A stretch of DNA of 64,000 nt, taken from contig JAXLNO010001914.1 of NCBI GenBank assembly GCA_038087875.1, positions 62,001 to 126,000 of the forward strand, given 5' to 3'. Below, one piece after another: positions 63,116 to 64,000 of this stretch. The notes beneath the pieces are model-generated. The model saw only the letters and a program-made list of their open reading frames with translations, was not told where the DNA came from and made no database searches. The DNA is from Malacoraja senta (taxonomy: Eukaryota). Position numbers and translations under genes: made by a program. Within the stretch, counting starts at the first letter, position 1. Each line of letters begins with the position of its first letter.

Positions 63116-63301
63116 AAAGTGGCCATGTTGGATTTAATATTTTAATGAGAAAGGATTATTGATGATCTGGTGGATAAGGATCCTTTAGCGAACATCGATA
63201 ATAATGTTTAAAAATGTTATCAAAGACTGAAAGTGATACAGATCAAATTGAAAGCAGTGTCTTATATGCAGTGTCTTAAAACACAACAGAAAGATAGGAG
63301 G

Positions 63302-63359
63302 TAGACAAAAATGCTGGAGAAACTCAGCGGGTGAGGCAGCATCTATGGAGCGAAGGAAT
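63302..63359 (-). mobile_element. 58-bp Penelope terminal-repeat insertion
   Basis: 14-bp TSD AGAAAGATAGGAGG at 63288-63301 and 63360-63373. Sequence matches 2065-2122. Confidence 0.88.
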
Positions 63360-63824
63360 AGAAAGATAGGAGGCATCATTTGGCTATGATAGATTAGGAA
63401 ACTATTAAAATATATGATATTAAAGAAGTAATATCAAACATTTAAACAATGAATGCACAGTTTACAGACATTCATTTAAATCCCTTTAAATAAAAAATGG
63501 ACAATCGGGAAAAGAGGTGCAGCTGTGGCTATCAAGAGAAGTTAAAGGCGGTAATTGATGAAAGGAAAATGCTTTTAAAATTGCCAACGGTAAGCAGTAT
63601 TTTTCAGGATTGAGAAAATTTCAGAATTCAGCAAAGGGCCAGAGCTTTTATGAAAGGAAATGTGAAATACAAAATTAGCAAGAAACATAAAAAACAAACT
63701 GCAAAAGTTTCTGAGAATATATGCAAAGAAAAATAGATTGGCTAACGTAGGTCCCTGACAAAAAGGAAATATTATACTGTGAAATAAGGAGATGGCGGAG
63801 AAATGCAATTGTATGTTCAGCCTG

Positions 63825-63950
63825 TCATATAGTACAGAAAGCAGGCTCTTCGGCCCAGCGGGCACATGCCAAACAAGATGCCCCATCTACTCTAGTCCCC
63901 CCTCCACTGTCAGAGTGAGGACACGCACAATTTGGAGGAACAGCACCTCA
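63825..63950. mobile_element. CR1/SINE tail (minus) abutting a Penelope endonuclease fragment (plus)
   Basis: ACAGAAAGCAGGCTCTTCGGCCC.. followed by CTCCACTGTCAGAGTGAGG..GAGGAACAGCACCTC (LHCQSE..LEEQHL). Confidence 0.6.
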
Positions 63951-64000
63951 CCTGGGGCGCCGTCGAGTATGGCTGCCCTGCCAGCAGCTGTTAGTTTTTT

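Larger units (their letters stand above)
61590..63810 (+). mobile_element. Old CR1 ORF2 (APE endonuclease region) split by younger insertions
   Basis: GCTCTTTATTTGAATTCATGCAGCATTCAC.. resembles decayed ALYLNARSI..IAITETW. GGAGGAGTGGTAGCACTA and GTGTGTAGGC resemble GGGVAL and VVYRPP. The element continues after 63116. Confidence 0.6.

Noticed and set aside
13062-64000. Downstream ALG13 exons or neighbours such as DCX and TRPC5
   Set aside because: No matching peptide or exon found by eye; short exons could have been missed.
1-64000. Window-wide enrichment of ATGCAAAT octamers
   Set aside because: The count by eye is only modestly above what AT-rich DNA would give and cannot be supported without a statistical test.

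Overview
AT-rich vertebrate genomic DNA with no complete protein-coding gene. The repeat families (V-SINE/HE1-like and Deu-type SINEs, CR1, Rex1/Babar, Neptune-type Penelope elements) suggest a cartilaginous fish, probably a skate or ray; this is an inference. Three things stand out. (1) An intact copy of ALG13 coding exon 1 (12981-13061) with its splice donor lies inside a non-autonomous Helitron (12097-13593), which is itself nested in a Tigger-like TIR element (11999-13903). I could not recognise any further ALG13 exon, so Helitron gene-fragment capture is the most likely explanation. (2) About 15 Penelope-derived terminal-repeat copies are scattered through the window. Many carry a minimal hammerhead-ribozyme motif (CUGAAGA-A-GGGUC-NN-GACCC-GAAA-CGUC), have 11-16 bp TSDs and share stereotyped ends, and one copy begins 2-4 nt from the predicted cleavage site. 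(3) A ~10 kb stretch (27.8-38.2 kb) has no recognisable transposon and looks like conserved non-coding DNA. The window also holds a full-length but dead IR/DR Tc1 element, three Harbinger-like MITEs and a 203-N assembly gap. Everything was read by eye without database searches, and boundaries of degenerate repeats are approximate.
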